DNA from: Kiritimatiellia bacterium
GTDB lineage: Bacteria > Verrucomicrobiota > Kiritimatiellia > RFP12 > UBA1067
NCBI GenBank assembly: GCA_050949565.1
Contig: JBMNFY010000017.1
Coordinates: 1,120,001-1,184,000 of the forward strand
Length of the DNA: 64,000 nt
Direction of reading: 5' to 3'
Shown: positions 27,091 through 39,280 of the stretch, piece by piece
Numbering within the stretch: the stretch's first letter is position 1
How the letters are laid out: every line of letters starts with the position of its first letter
Program-made: the position numbers and the translations under genes
Notes under the pieces: model-generated
The model's input: the letters and a program-made list of their open reading frames with translations, nothing else
Told to the model about the DNA's origin: nothing
The model's database searches: none

Positions 27091-29694
27091 TCAACGTCCC
27101 TGTTCCTTTTTCATCAGCACGGCATCGTGTGCCGCTACGGTCAAGGGCAGGCGGCGACCGCCCCACGTCAGCGTCACGGCCTGCGGCTCGCGCGTGGCGT
27201 TGGCCAGCACCACGGCCTCGCGTCCGTCTGCGGCGCGGAAGGCGTTGTGGAAGACCGCCGGGGTCGGCAGATCGTTGTACGTGATCGTGGCGCACTCAAG
27301 CACAGGCTGCCGCATCAATCTCCCGTGAGCCAGCCAAGGGCGTCCTTCGCCGTGATACAACTCGACCCAGCGCTGCATGAAGCGGGAGTCTGATGTGAAT
27401 CCCGACGATACGACCTCCTTGACGCTGCCGTCCGTCAGCACCTCTTCCAGCCGCATCTCGTCCACCCAGACGACCGCTTCGCCCGACACATGGCACATGA
27501 TGCGCAGCATCTCGGCGCTGTCCGGCATCTTGAAATCGGCCGCGACCTTCTGCCAGCCGCTGCCAGGCTCGGGGAACTTGAGCCGTCCGCCCTGTCCGGT
27601 TGATTTAAGCCCAGGCGCGAACACGCCGAAGTTGACCCCGTTCGGCTGCGCCAGCTTGGCGGTTTTCAGCCAAGCGCTCAGACGGTAGGTGCGCCCGTCA
27701 CCGAAACTTCCGGCTTCCGCATACACGTTCTGCGAGACCTGCACCGTGTCGCCGGCGTTGTTCTCCAGCCGCATGCTGGCGGTGCCGCTGTGCTTCTCTT
27801 CGGTGTCGACATAGGCCGCGCCGTTCCATACCGCGCCTTGGTATCCGCTCAACTTCTCCCAGTTGCGGAAGAACTTGCCGTCGACCGTCAGGAGATCGAA
27901 TCCACCGTTGGCGAGCATCACCTCTTTGAAGTCTTGGCTGGACGGCACCATGTGGGGCATCTGGCCGTCGGCCAGGCAGTGCGCGTCCCACACGCGGTTG
28001 CCGCGGCGCGGGTTGCTCTGGAACGGCGGCAGATATTCGTGATAGATGTAATTGAACACCGAGGCCCACTCGCCTTTGCGTTCGCAGTTGCGGTAGTCCT
28101 GCACCCCCATCAGGTGGTTGAACCACTCGTTGGGCTCTTCGATGCAGACAACGGCGTCGGGCTCGATCTTGCGCATGGCGTCGCGCATGCCGATCAGTTG
28201 CTCGGTGAAGACTTCGGTCATCCAGCGGCCGCGTCCTTTGGGGTGCCCGTGCCAGTCGGCGTAACAGGCCGGCCAGTTGGCGCCTACCACTTGGTCCACC
28301 TGGATCATCTCGCAGCCGCGCCGGGCCAGCGGCACGCAGATGTCCTCGTTCCACCAGCGGCGTGTCCAAGGGTCGCCGCCGCACATGCAGGCGGTACTGC
28401 CGCCATGCAGCCAACTGGGCGTGCGCAGATACAACTGGCCGTCACGATTATGCACGGCGTGCTTGCGCGCGATCTTGTCAAAGCGCTCGCGGTCATCCCA
28501 TTCGAAACTGCCGTCGCCGCGTTTTTTGAAGGTCAGCGTCCAATGATACCCCGACGGCCACGGGAAGGCGTGGCAGCCGAGTTCACGTGTCCGGGCCACC
28601 AGGCGGGTGAACTGTTCGTCAGAGGGGTAGAGTGGGAAGTAGTCCGGGGTGACCCAACTGTCGATCTTCTCCCAGCCCCAATACGCTGTAATCAGCGGAG
28701 TTTTGGGGAAGTGCTTCTGCCAGAACTCGGTGAGCCAGCGCTCGATGCGGTCGGGTTCCGCCAGCCAGCCGCGTCCGAAACGTACCATGGCCGGCGCGTC
28801 TTTCAGCCACGCCGGCAGATCGTCGCGCTGCGTGAATATCTTGGCGCACCAGTGGCGCGTCCAGGCCCATTCGCGGTAGCGGTCGGCCGCGTCCCGCCAG
28901 TCTGCCGGCGCGCCGTCCGGCCCCGTAAAGGTCGAGACCACGACATCATACGCTTGGCTGTCGGTGCCGGTCACGAAGCACGGACGCAACCATGAGAACT
29001 CGACGCCCTCATCGGTGCGCGCCACACTCAGGCTCTTGGGATACCCCTTGTCGTCATACGCCGCCGTGTAAAAACCGGCCTGGTTATCGTAGTAGCAACC
29101 GAACTGAGCCGCCATGTTGCCGGGCTGGCTGATGGAGAAGATGTGTCCCTTTTTCAATGCTCCCGGCTTACGGGTCACGCCGCCTTTGGATGCACCCGCC
29201 ACGATCGCGTCGTCATCGACCGACGCGCCCAGCGGCGCGGCCAGTGTGATCTGGGGGTAGCGGACATCCTCCAGCACCCATCCGTCGCGCATGACCACTT
29301 TGATACGCCAGCGCAAGTCCAGTCCGTCCGGGTCCGCACTGACCGTGCAGACCACGCGCTCCACGCCGTTCGGAAAATCGGTGTAGGTCAGCGTCGCGGC
29401 GGATTCCGAAGACCGTTTCACACTGCACGCGCGCGCGTCCCAGTTCCCGACTGTGATCTGTTTGCCCGGCGGCTCTGCCTGCTGCGAGACCGCCAGCGTG
29501 AACAACCGCTGCGGGGGCTTGTCGGTCGCCGCCAACTCTATGCCGCCGGGCGTCTTGAGCGACACCACCCCGCGGCCGCCGCCGTCCAAAACGAGTCGCG
29601 CACCCTTGCCGGAAAGCGCCACCGTCTCAGCACTTGCGCACAAAGCCGCCACCGCAAACAGTACCGCAACATAACATTTGGTTTCAGTTTTCAT
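27091..29694 (-). CDS. secreted DUF6259-like glycoside hydrolase with an inserted carbohydrate-binding-like module
   Basis: Signal peptide; DWRDAADRYREW, PDYFP, QVDQVVG, CIEEPNE; LANGGF..YRLSAWLKT..VWVDE CBM-like insert. Confidence 0.65.
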   Translation of the reverse strand: MKTETKCYVAVLFAVAALCASAETVALSGKGARLVLDGGGRGVVSLKTPGGIELAATDKPPQRLFTLAVSQQAEPPGKQITVGNWDARACSVKRSSESAATLTYTDFPNGVERVVCTVSADPDGLDLRWRIKVVMRDGWVLEDVRYPQITLAAPLGASVDDDAIVAGASKGGVTRKPGALKKGHIFSISQPGNMAAQFGCYYDNQAGFYTAAYDDKGYPKSLSVARTDEGVEFSWLRPCFVTGTDSQAYDVVVSTFTGPDGAPADWRDAADRYREWAWTRHWCAKIFTQRDDLPAWLKDAPAMVRFGRGWLAEPDRIERWLTEFWQKHFPKTPLITAYWGWEKIDSWVTPDYFPLYPSDEQFTRLVARTRELGCHAFPWPSGYHWTLTFKKRGDGSFEWDDRERFDKIARKHAVHNRDGQLYLRTPSWLHGGSTACMCGGDPWTRRWWNEDICVPLARRGCEMIQVDQVVGANWPACYADWHGHPKGRGRWMTEVFTEQLIGMRDAMRKIEPDAVVCIEEPNEWFNHLMGVQDYRNCERKGEWASVFNYIYHEYLPPFQSNPRRGNRVWDAHCLADGQMPHMVPSSQDFKEVMLANGGFDLLTVDGKFFRNWEKLSGYQGAVWNGAAYVDTEEKHSGTASMRLENNAGDTVQVSQNVYAEAGSFGDGRTYRLSAWLKTAKLAQPNGVNFGVFAPGLKSTGQGGRLKFPEPGSGWQKVAADFKMPDSAEMLRIMCHVSGEAVVWVDEMRLEEVLTDGSVKEVVSSGFTSDSRFMQRWVELYHGEGRPWLAHGRLMRQPVLECATITYNDLPTPAVFHNAFRAADGREAVVLANATREPQAVTLTWGGRRLPLTVAAHDAVLMKKEQGR

Positions 29695-29915
29695 ACATCG
29701 CTCTCTTTTTTTACACGAAGCCGCCAAGGCACAACGGTCGTTTAATTTCGGGTTTCAAGACACCGGTATCAATTGTAACGCTCAACGTCCAACTTTCAAG
29801 TGCGAAGGGCGACGAAATGTAATCGGTTGGTGACAGGGGGTGTGCGCAGATCATGCGTTTCTGGTGAAAAGGGGGGATACGTTTTTTTGACATGATTAAC
29901 ATGATTAACATGATT

Positions 29916-30060
29916 TGGAGGGCGAGTGTCCCCACGAGCCGCCGGAGCAAGCAATGGAGGGCGAGTGTCCCCACGAGCCGCCGGAGCAAGCAATGGAGGG
30001 CGAGTGTCCCCACGAGCCGCCGGAGCAAGCAATGGAGGGCGAGTGTCCCCACGAGCCGCC
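29916..30060. repeat. 39-bp tandem repeat (about 3.7 units) of REP-like element family B
   Basis: TGGAGGGCGAGTGTCCCCACGAGCCGCC at 29916, 29955, 29994 and 30033 with identical GGAGCAAGCAA linkers; inverted single copy at 57594-57621. Confidence 0.9.
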
Positions 30061-30105
30061 TTCCGCTGTGCGGAAGGATGGTTTCAGGTTCTATCGCGGA
30101 GCACA

Positions 30106-30157
30106 GGGAGGGGCAAGCGTCTGCTTGCCCGTGGACGAGCAGACGCTCGTCCCTCCC
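30106..30157. repeat. REP-like palindromic doublet (family A)
   Basis: One mismatch to 2976-3027. Confidence 0.8.
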
Positions 30158-30442
30158 CCCTCGGCGGCGGTCACGACGCCATCCCGTAAAAATCTCTGCG
30201 CCTCTGCGTCTCTGCGTTAAAATCTTTCAACTTTCTGCGGGCAAGGATGCCCGCGCTCCGACTGCGCATAAAACACGCGCTTGACTCGCGTACCCCTGTC
30301 ACTAACCGATTACACGACGAAAATTGCGGTGACAAGATTCTCGCTGTGCGCGGGTCGCGGCACCGCATTTCCAAAAGGTTCCGCATTTTTAAAACGGCTT
30401 CGCGATCTTTGTTTCTTTGCGGCTAAGTGGTACAATTCAGGT

Positions 30443-32476
30443 ATGATGACAACTAATGCTAACACGAATTTCGCGAAAACCCTCGTTTGGACATCGGCAC
30501 TCATGGTTGCACTTGTGCTGCGGGTCGATGCTCAGCCTCTGCTCTGCCGACTCGATGCCGGCTGGCCCGCACTGGATTATGACGGCAAGCCGTCGACAGA
30601 AGAGGGCGCATTTTCACGGACATCGGTGCCGGGTTCACGGAGTGAGACAGAACGCTATGTCGCCGAGACAAAGACAATGGCCGCTACGGACGGGAAGCTA
30701 CTCATCCGGCTCGCCTGCAAAAGCTACAAGGCGTTTCCAGCCGAAGAGTACGCCGTGCTGGTGACCAACTCGGCGGCGTCCGAGCCGACAGGCGTGGTCG
30801 GCAACTTCCGCTCGTTGAAGCTCACAGCTGGGAAGCCTGCTCCGGAAGCGGCGGTTTCATTGCATGTCCTGCGGGGATCGACCTGCAAGGCGACCGATTT
30901 TGTGCCGGAAACCTTTACCATCGAGGAGGGACAGGAACGCGTTCTAGCATCGGTCTGCGGACGTTCGTCCAACGACTTCATTCCGTTTCTTGAACTGAGC
31001 ATCGATGATCAGACCGGCTATCTGTTCGCGGTGGGCTGGACCGGATCATGGAAGGCGCGCTTCGTGAATACGGGCGCTGGGGTCGATGTGGAGATCGGCA
31101 TGGAGCGGAGCCACTTCCGGCTTCTGCCGGGGGAGGCCATTCGCCAACCCTCCGCTCTCGTCTTCACCCGTATGAATCAGACGCGCCGCGCCTTCAAGAC
31201 GCAGGTCCGCCGCTTCATGCTTGAGAACAAAGTGCCGCGCGACACCAAGGGAGAGATCGTTCCGCCAATTTTGGCCGTCGCGTCGGGCGGCGGCAACAAG
31301 ACGCCGCAGATGATGGCCGACATACTGAAGTATTGCCTCGACAACAAGATGACGTTCGACACCTACTGGGTCGACGCGGGTTGGTACGGGGCACCGCATG
31401 AAGACGAGTTGTACTCCAACTGTGGCCCGAACTGGTGGAAGTACGTGGGCGACTGGCGCGTCAACACAACGACGCATCCGACGGGCGACCTGCTGCCGAT
31501 CGCCGACGCGGTGCATCGGGCCGGCATGAAGTTTCTGCTCTGGTTCGAGCCGGAGCGCATGACCGATATCGCGCCGATTCTCAAAACGCATCCCGAATAC
31601 CGCAACGGACAGCTTGTCAACTACGGCAATCCCGAGGCGTTCAAGTGGATTCAAGACACGATCTACGGCGTGATCGAGAAACATAAGATCGATGTCTACC
31701 GCCAAGACTTCAACATGGAGCCGGGCCCCGTCTGGCACAGCATGGACGCGGCGGACCGTGTCGGCATCGCCGAAGCCAAGCACATCGGCGCTCTGTATAG
31801 ATTTCTCGACGACATGCGTGCGCGCTTCCCGAACATCCTACAGGAAAACTGTGCGTCCGGCGGGCGTCGCATCGACATCGAGATGATTTCGCGGGCGCAC
31901 GTCTACTGCCGCAGCGATTACTTCATCGGACAAAAACCCCACGACACCGCCTTCATTCTGGGGCAGAACGCGACATTGAACCTCAGTCCCTATCTGCCCT
32001 TCCAGGGTTGCGAGTTCAACTGCGTACCGATCGGCGATGACTATGGCGCTTTCAGCATCATCTCTTCCGGAACAGTCATCACGCCGTCAGACTTCGATGG
32101 TGGCATTCTGAAGCGCACGTTCGCCGATTCCGAAACCGCTTGGTTTAAAAAAATCTTCAACGTGGCCGCCCGCATGCAGCCGTTCTACATGGGCGACTTC
32201 TACCCTTTGACCGATGAGACCGGCGCCGGCAACGACCTCTGGTGCGCGTGGCAATGCCACCGGCCTGATTTGCAAGCGGGCTTCGCGCTCTTTTTCCGGC
32301 GCGCTGACGCCAAGGAGGACTCCCGTGCGTTCAAGCTCGGCGGAATTGATTCCGACGCGGCTTATCACGTGGAGACTTACGGCGGCTCCGACCAATCCGT
32401 CAAAGGTGCTGAACTCGAAAACCTGACCGTCAAGCTCGATCCCCGCTCATTCCGCCTGATCTTCTACAAAAAGTAA
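30443..32476 (+). CDS. alpha-galactosidase (GH36 family)
   Basis: YWVDAGWY, GDW, GMKFLLWFEPER, IDVYRQDFN, ENCASGGRRID. Confidence 0.88.
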   Translation: MMTTNANTNFAKTLVWTSALMVALVLRVDAQPLLCRLDAGWPALDYDGKPSTEEGAFSRTSVPGSRSETERYVAETKTMAATDGKLLIRLACKSYKAFPAEEYAVLVTNSAASEPTGVVGNFRSLKLTAGKPAPEAAVSLHVLRGSTCKATDFVPETFTIEEGQERVLASVCGRSSNDFIPFLELSIDDQTGYLFAVGWTGSWKARFVNTGAGVDVEIGMERSHFRLLPGEAIRQPSALVFTRMNQTRRAFKTQVRRFMLENKVPRDTKGEIVPPILAVASGGGNKTPQMMADILKYCLDNKMTFDTYWVDAGWYGAPHEDELYSNCGPNWWKYVGDWRVNTTTHPTGDLLPIADAVHRAGMKFLLWFEPERMTDIAPILKTHPEYRNGQLVNYGNPEAFKWIQDTIYGVIEKHKIDVYRQDFNMEPGPVWHSMDAADRVGIAEAKHIGALYRFLDDMRARFPNILQENCASGGRRIDIEMISRAHVYCRSDYFIGQKPHDTAFILGQNATLNLSPYLPFQGCEFNCVPIGDDYGAFSIISSGTVITPSDFDGGILKRTFADSETAWFKKIFNVAARMQPFYMGDFYPLTDETGAGNDLWCAWQCHRPDLQAGFALFFRRADAKEDSRAFKLGGIDSDAAYHVETYGGSDQSVKGAELENLTVKLDPRSFRLIFYKK

Positions 32477-32604
32477 GAGGCCTCAAAGAAGCAGAATGAT
32501 CTGGCCTGCTTGGCCACTCTCGATATCGACTCGCTTGAAGTCTCCCGTCTGTGGATAAAAAAACCGAGCACTGCCCGAACCAACCAATGCACGAAAGAAC
32601 TTCC

Positions 32605-34313
<1,709 letters not shown>

Positions 34314-35180
34314 TTATCCCAGCGACTCTGCGCCGCTGACGATTTCAGTCAATTCATTGGTGATCGCCGCCTGCCGGGCACGGTTGCGCAACAGGATCAA
34401 ATCACTCTCCATCCGCCTCAGGTTGATGGTGGCATTCTCCATCGCCATGACCCGTGCGGCGTGCTCGCCTGCGGCGCTGTGGAGCAGGCAGGTGTACAGT
34501 CCCAGGTGCAGCCACTGCCGCGCCAGCGCGGTGATCATGCGGTCGTCGGACGGTTCGATGATCATCTTCGGCGACTTGCCCTTTCTGGCAATCGTACCTT
34601 TCTCAAACGGCAGCAGCCGTTCGATCTTTGTCTCTTGCGTCAGGGTGTTCACAAACCGGTTACTCACGACCCACACCTCGTCATAGCGGCCAGCCATAAA
34701 AGCGTCCATTGTAAAACTTGAGAGCGCGACCGTTTCTTGAGACGACGGATGCGCGGCAACCGTGAGCGGCGTCATGTAGGGCGTGATTTCCGCCTTGAGC
34801 GCCGCATACCCTTTTTGTCCGGCGTAGAGTGCCTCCAACTGCGCACCGCGCTTCTCTGTCTGCTCGTTCGCCCACCGCCGCGCCTCACGGATCACCGAGT
34901 TGTTGAACGCGCCGCAGAACCCACGATGGGAGGTGATTACCACCAGCAAAATACGGCTGTCCTGCGTGGGCGGCGCGGCACACACGCGGTGACGGGCGGC
35001 GTTCAGTCCGTACACGATCGGTTGCAGACCGCGCAAGATTTCGGCAAAAGGCTCAGGCTGGCGCAACTCGGCCTGCGCCCGATGCAGGTGCGAGGCGGCC
35101 ACCATCTTCATGGTCGCCGTCACGCGCCGTATGCCGCTCATCGAGGCGAGCCGCGTGCTGTATTCACGAAAATTTGCCAT
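34314..35180 (-). CDS. atpG: F-type ATP synthase gamma subunit
   Basis: TMKMVAA, SHRGFCGAFN, RQAAITNELTEIVSGA. Confidence 0.95.
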   Translation of the reverse strand: MANFREYSTRLASMSGIRRVTATMKMVAASHLHRAQAELRQPEPFAEILRGLQPIVYGLNAARHRVCAAPPTQDSRILLVVITSHRGFCGAFNNSVIREARRWANEQTEKRGAQLEALYAGQKGYAALKAEITPYMTPLTVAAHPSSQETVALSSFTMDAFMAGRYDEVWVVSNRFVNTLTQETKIERLLPFEKGTIARKGKSPKMIIEPSDDRMITALARQWLHLGLYTCLLHSAAGEHAARVMAMENATINLRRMESDLILLRNRARQAAITNELTEIVSGAESLG

Positions 35181-35210
35181 GGTTCAACCGTCCGTCCGCC
35201 GGATCCGCAC

Positions 35211-36734
35211 TCACCCTTTCCTGAAGGGCTGCACGGCCTCTTCGATCAACGCCGCGAGCATCTTTGAAAGTTCTTCGTCCATCACAGGGTTCGCCGCGAA
35301 ACGCGCGGCGTAGGTGCGGCCCGCCTCACGCATATCGATCGCTTCGTACAATGCCTTGATCGCCTCCGGCAACCGTTTCTCCGGCACCTTCACAAGCGCC
35401 TTCTGGACACCGGCGGCCAGCGCGGCCACCTGCTTCTCGACCGATACCGGTTTGTTGGGCGGCTGGCGGAGCACCTGCATCAGCGAGCGCCCCACCGCCA
35501 GTTGCTCGACCGTGTTAGCGTCGAGGTCCGACGAAAAGCGCATGAAGGCTTCGAGTTCGCGATACTGCGCCAGTAGCACGCGCAACGGGCCGGCTGTCTG
35601 CTTCATGGCCTTGACCTGTGCGTCGCCGCCGACACGCGACACCGAGATGCCCGGATTGATTGCCGGACGCTGTCCCTCGTTGAACAGGTCGGACTCCAAA
35701 AAGATCTGGCCGTCCGTGATCGAGATCACGTTGGTCGGAATGTAGGCCGAGATGTCGTTGGCCTGCGTCTCGACAATCGGCAGCGCGGTCAAGCTGCCGC
35801 CGCCCTTGGCGTCCGAGAGTTTGGCCGCCCGCTCCAGCAGACGGCTGTGCAGATAGAAGACGTCGCCGGGGAAGGCCTCGCGTCCCGGCGGTCGCCGCAG
35901 CAACAGCGATATCTGCCGGTAAGCCTGCGCGTGTTTGGTGAGATCGTCATAAACCACCAGCGCGTGCTCACCTCGATCACGCCAATACTCGGCCATCGCG
36001 CATCCGGAATAGGGTGCCAGATATTGCAGCGGTGCGGGATCCGAGGCGTTGGCCAGAATGATCGTCGTATAGGCCATCGCGTCCTTTTCCATCAGCAGTT
36101 TGTGCAACGCGGCGACGGTCGAGAGCTTCTGGCCGATCGCCACGTAAAAGCAGTGGACGCCGGTACCGGCTTGATGCAGGATCGTGTCGATCGCCAGCGT
36201 GGTCTTGCCGGTTTTGCGGTCGCCGATAATCAGTTCACGCTGGCCGCGTCCGATCGGCGTCAGCGCGTCGATCGCCAGAATGCCGGTCTGCAACGGCTCG
36301 CACACATTCTTACGCTCGGTGATCGACGGCGCGAAACCCTCGACCGGCAACTGTTCATCGGTGATGACTGCGCCGCGACCGTCCAACGGCCGCCCCAGCG
36401 CATCCACCACGCGGCCGGTCAGCGCCGGGCCGACCGGCACCGAGACGACGCGGCCGGTTCTGCGGAGAAGATCGCCTTCACGTACATGGGTGACATCATC
36501 GAGAATCGCCACGCCGACCGACTCTTCCTCAAGGTTCAACGCCAATCCGGCCACACCGTCTTCGGTTTCGACCAGTTCGTTGAACATGACACTGGAGAGG
36601 CCATCTACGCGCGCGATACCATCGCCGACGCTCAGCACCGTTCCTACCTCGGCGACGTCTATCGGCTGGTCTACCTGCTGCATCTGACGACGCAATAGGG
36701 CCGCGATTTCATCGGGTTTCAATTGAATCTTCAT
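35211..36734 (-). CDS. atpA: F-type ATP synthase alpha subunit
   Basis: [38 protein letters not shown]. Confidence 0.98.
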   Translation of the reverse strand: MKIQLKPDEIAALLRRQMQQVDQPIDVAEVGTVLSVGDGIARVDGLSSVMFNELVETEDGVAGLALNLEEESVGVAILDDVTHVREGDLLRRTGRVVSVPVGPALTGRVVDALGRPLDGRGAVITDEQLPVEGFAPSITERKNVCEPLQTGILAIDALTPIGRGQRELIIGDRKTGKTTLAIDTILHQAGTGVHCFYVAIGQKLSTVAALHKLLMEKDAMAYTTIILANASDPAPLQYLAPYSGCAMAEYWRDRGEHALVVYDDLTKHAQAYRQISLLLRRPPGREAFPGDVFYLHSRLLERAAKLSDAKGGGSLTALPIVETQANDISAYIPTNVISITDGQIFLESDLFNEGQRPAINPGISVSRVGGDAQVKAMKQTAGPLRVLLAQYRELEAFMRFSSDLDANTVEQLAVGRSLMQVLRQPPNKPVSVEKQVAALAAGVQKALVKVPEKRLPEAIKALYEAIDMREAGRTYAARFAANPVMDEELSKMLAALIEEAVQPFRKG

Positions 36735-37318
36735 GCCTGTTTTCCACTCTCATTCTCTCCCGCTGCCACAGGCACGGGTTTGCGCAGGCTCACACGCAGA
36801 CGCTTGAGACGTCCGGCGAGTGACGCATCGATACGCGTGTCATCCACAAAGAGGCGCATGCCAGCGATCAACTCCGGATCGGTGAGCACGGTCACCTCCA
36901 TCTCCGGACCGCGCGTCGCCGCCACCCAGTTGCGGACGCGCGCGACTTGCTCTTCGGTCGGTTCGCACGCGAAGCTCATCTGCACCCGGCTGCATCCCCG
37001 CGCCCGCGCTGCCAACTGCTGATACTGCACGCAGATATCGGGCAGTAGCGCAAGCTGGTCATGCTGCGCCACGGCTTCCAGAAACCGCACAACGATCTCC
37101 GGCAGTTTGCCTTCAAAGAGCTGTCGCACCTGCTTGACGCGTGCGCGGATGCCGCCCGGTTGGCGGGTGCGGCAGAACTGACGCCACTCCGGCGACACCT
37201 GCCAGAGTTGCTCCAGCGCGACCACATTCGCCGTCACAAGTGTTTCTTCGCGTCGGGCTGCGGCCGCACCTTGCAGGGCGCGCGCGAAGGCCTGCGCGTA
37301 GCGCTCATTGCGGGTCAT
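36731..37318 (-). CDS. atpH: F-type ATP synthase delta subunit
   Basis: [23 protein letters not shown]; operon position. Confidence 0.88.
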   Translation of the reverse strand: MTRNERYAQAFARALQGAAAARREETLVTANVVALEQLWQVSPEWRQFCRTRQPGGIRARVKQVRQLFEGKLPEIVVRFLEAVAQHDQLALLPDICVQYQQLAARARGCSRVQMSFACEPTEEQVARVRNWVAATRGPEMEVTVLTDPELIAGMRLFVDDTRIDASLAGRLKRLRVSLRKPVPVAAGENESGKQA

Positions 37319-37876
37319 GCCGTCACCTCGCCCACCACAGACTGCTGATAGGCGCGGCGCTGCTCCTCGGTCAGTTCGTGGCGCAGAAACTGCTCCAGCG
37401 TATCGCAGAGCTGATCAGCCGCAGAGCTGCGGACCGCCTCAATCGCCCGGAGCTGCTCGGCGGCGATCGACCGCTGGGCTTCCTCGATCCGGCGCTGCGC
37501 CATTGCTTTGGATTCGTCTTCGGCGCGTGTCAGCATGTCGGTTGCCTCGCGCACAGCGCGCTCGGTCACCTCGCGTGCTTCGGCGGCGGCGCGCGCCACC
37601 GATCTCCCGACGCCGCGTCTCGACTTCGGCCAGTTCACGCCGCGCGCGCTCCGCGCCTTCCAGCGCTTCGCTGATCGAGCGCTCACGCCCCTCGACCGCG
37701 CGCAGGATCGGCTTCCAAAGCAATTTGTGCAGCAAAAAGGCGGTGAGGCCGAAAGCCAGCCAGGTCAGCAGGATCATCTTGTCAGAGATCTGCATGACAT
37801 CGCTCGGCATTTGCTGCAACGGCTCCGGCACGCCGGGCACCGCTGTGGTCGCCGCAGTGTGTTCCACGTCGCTCAT
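37315..37876 (-). pseudogene. atpF: F-type ATP synthase b subunit, split by a 1-nt insertion near 37600
   Basis: LLHKLLWKPILRAVEGRERSI in one frame continues as VARAAAEAREVTERA..EQLRAIE in another; minus strand reads GAG ATC G GTG GCG. Confidence 0.85.
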
Positions 37877-37916
37877 GCTCGCACCCTTACCCGGGCCTTG
37901 ACAGCCCGGTTACGCG

Positions 37917-38135
37917 TCAGCCCTTCATCAGACAGATCACGAGCGCGAACAGCGCTGCGCCTTCGATAAAGGCCGCGCCGATAATCATCGCGGTCTGCAG
38001 TTTGGGCTGTATTTCAGGCTGCCGCGCCATGCACTGCAGGCCGACCGCGCACACTCCGCCGATGCCCAACGCTGCGGCGATCATAACGATGCCGGCACCG
38101 AGCGCTGCGGAAACCTCTGCCAAGGGAATCATCAT
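37917..38135 (-). CDS. atpE: F-type ATP synthase c subunit
   Basis: LGIG, ARQPE, AAFIEGAALF. Confidence 0.95.
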   Translation of the reverse strand: MMIPLAEVSAALGAGIVMIAAALGIGGVCAVGLQCMARQPEIQPKLQTAMIIGAAFIEGAALFALVICLMKG

Positions 38136-38151
38136 TGTATACCTCGTGTGT

Positions 38152-38931
38152 TTAGTGTTCAGGATTGACCATCATGCCCATAAAAATCGACGACAGCAGG
38201 GTAAAGACATACGCCTGCAGGAAAGCCACAAACAGTTCAAAGACGTACATCGCCATCGTTACCACCATTACCGGTGTTGCCATCAAACCGAACATCGCGA
38301 TCAACCCCAGCAAAGAGTAGATCACGATATGGCCCGCCAACATGTTGCAGAACAGACGCATGGTCAGTGCGAAGGCGCGTGAAAGAAAACTGACAACTTC
38401 CATGACCGCCATGATCGGTGTCAACCAGACCGGGAGACCGCCCGGCACAAACGCCGCCTTGAGCCCGCGCCAGCCGTGCGCGTGGATCACGGCGGTCAGG
38501 CTCGCCGCCATGAAGATGGTCGCCAAGCCGGCGGTCACGTTGACATTGCCGGTTGCCGTACTGAAAAGCGGGATCAGCCCCAGCAGATTCGAGAACAAGA
38601 TAAAGATAAACAGCGAGCAGAAAAAGGAGAGCGTCCTGTGGCCGGCACGGTCGCCGAAGTTGGGGCGCACGATCTGGTCACGGATAAAGACCACGTACGC
38701 CTCAGCCACCGCCGCGAGCCCTTTTGGAATCGCCGTGTGGGAACGGCGGACGGCCCAGGCGGTGGCGACAAGCAACGCCCCCACCACAAAGACCATCACC
38801 GAGTCATAGCGGAACCACTCCAGCGCATCAATGCGGAAAAACGGCAGATTCCATGCGTCGAGCGATCCCGCGTGATGCATCACGTGGTGATTGATAAACT
38901 GACTGACAGCCTCTTGATTTCCTGTGCTCAT
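38152..38931 (-). CDS. atpB: F-type ATP synthase a subunit
   Basis: NLLGLIP, TATGN, RAFALTMRLFCNMLAGH, LQAYVF. Confidence 0.95.
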   Translation of the reverse strand: MSTGNQEAVSQFINHHVMHHAGSLDAWNLPFFRIDALEWFRYDSVMVFVVGALLVATAWAVRRSHTAIPKGLAAVAEAYVVFIRDQIVRPNFGDRAGHRTLSFFCSLFIFILFSNLLGLIPLFSTATGNVNVTAGLATIFMAASLTAVIHAHGWRGLKAAFVPGGLPVWLTPIMAVMEVVSFLSRAFALTMRLFCNMLAGHIVIYSLLGLIAMFGLMATPVMVVTMAMYVFELFVAFLQAYVFTLLSSIFMGMMVNPEH

Positions 38932-39069
38932 ATGTGACCGCTACCCGCCTATTGCCACGAGACCGCAAGGGCGCCGCAAGGCGGCAACCATTCATATCGT
39001 GTCGCGATAATGTCTTACTTACAGGCAACGCACACAAAATACTGACGCACCTCATGACAATGCCGTATG

Positions 39070-39099
39070 ATTATACGTGACACCGCGCGGACTTGTCAA
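39070..39099 (-). promoter_or_regulatory. consensus sigma70 promoter of the atp operon
   Basis: TTGACA-18 nt-TATAAT on the minus strand. Confidence 0.75.
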
Positions 39100-39280
39100 C
39101 GTGCGCGCCGTCGTTGCGCGCACGCGCGAGTTTAGGGAAAATTTAGGATTTAGGATTTAGGGTTTGGTGAATTGACCCGCCATCGCCGATCCGGTATTCT
39201 ATCCCCATGTTTGAGAAGGTACAGAACATAGCTGATAACTTTGGCCCGAGTGGGCGTACCGTGTAATGAAAAGGAAGTGA

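Noticed and set aside
29916-30060. CRISPR array
   Set aside because: Linkers are identical and only 11 nt, there are no cas genes, and the core recurs as a dispersed REP-like element.
29711-30284. Repeat-peptide ORFs (MEGECPHEPPEQA x4 and others)
   Set aside because: By-product of a 39-bp repeat open in all frames; no RBS.
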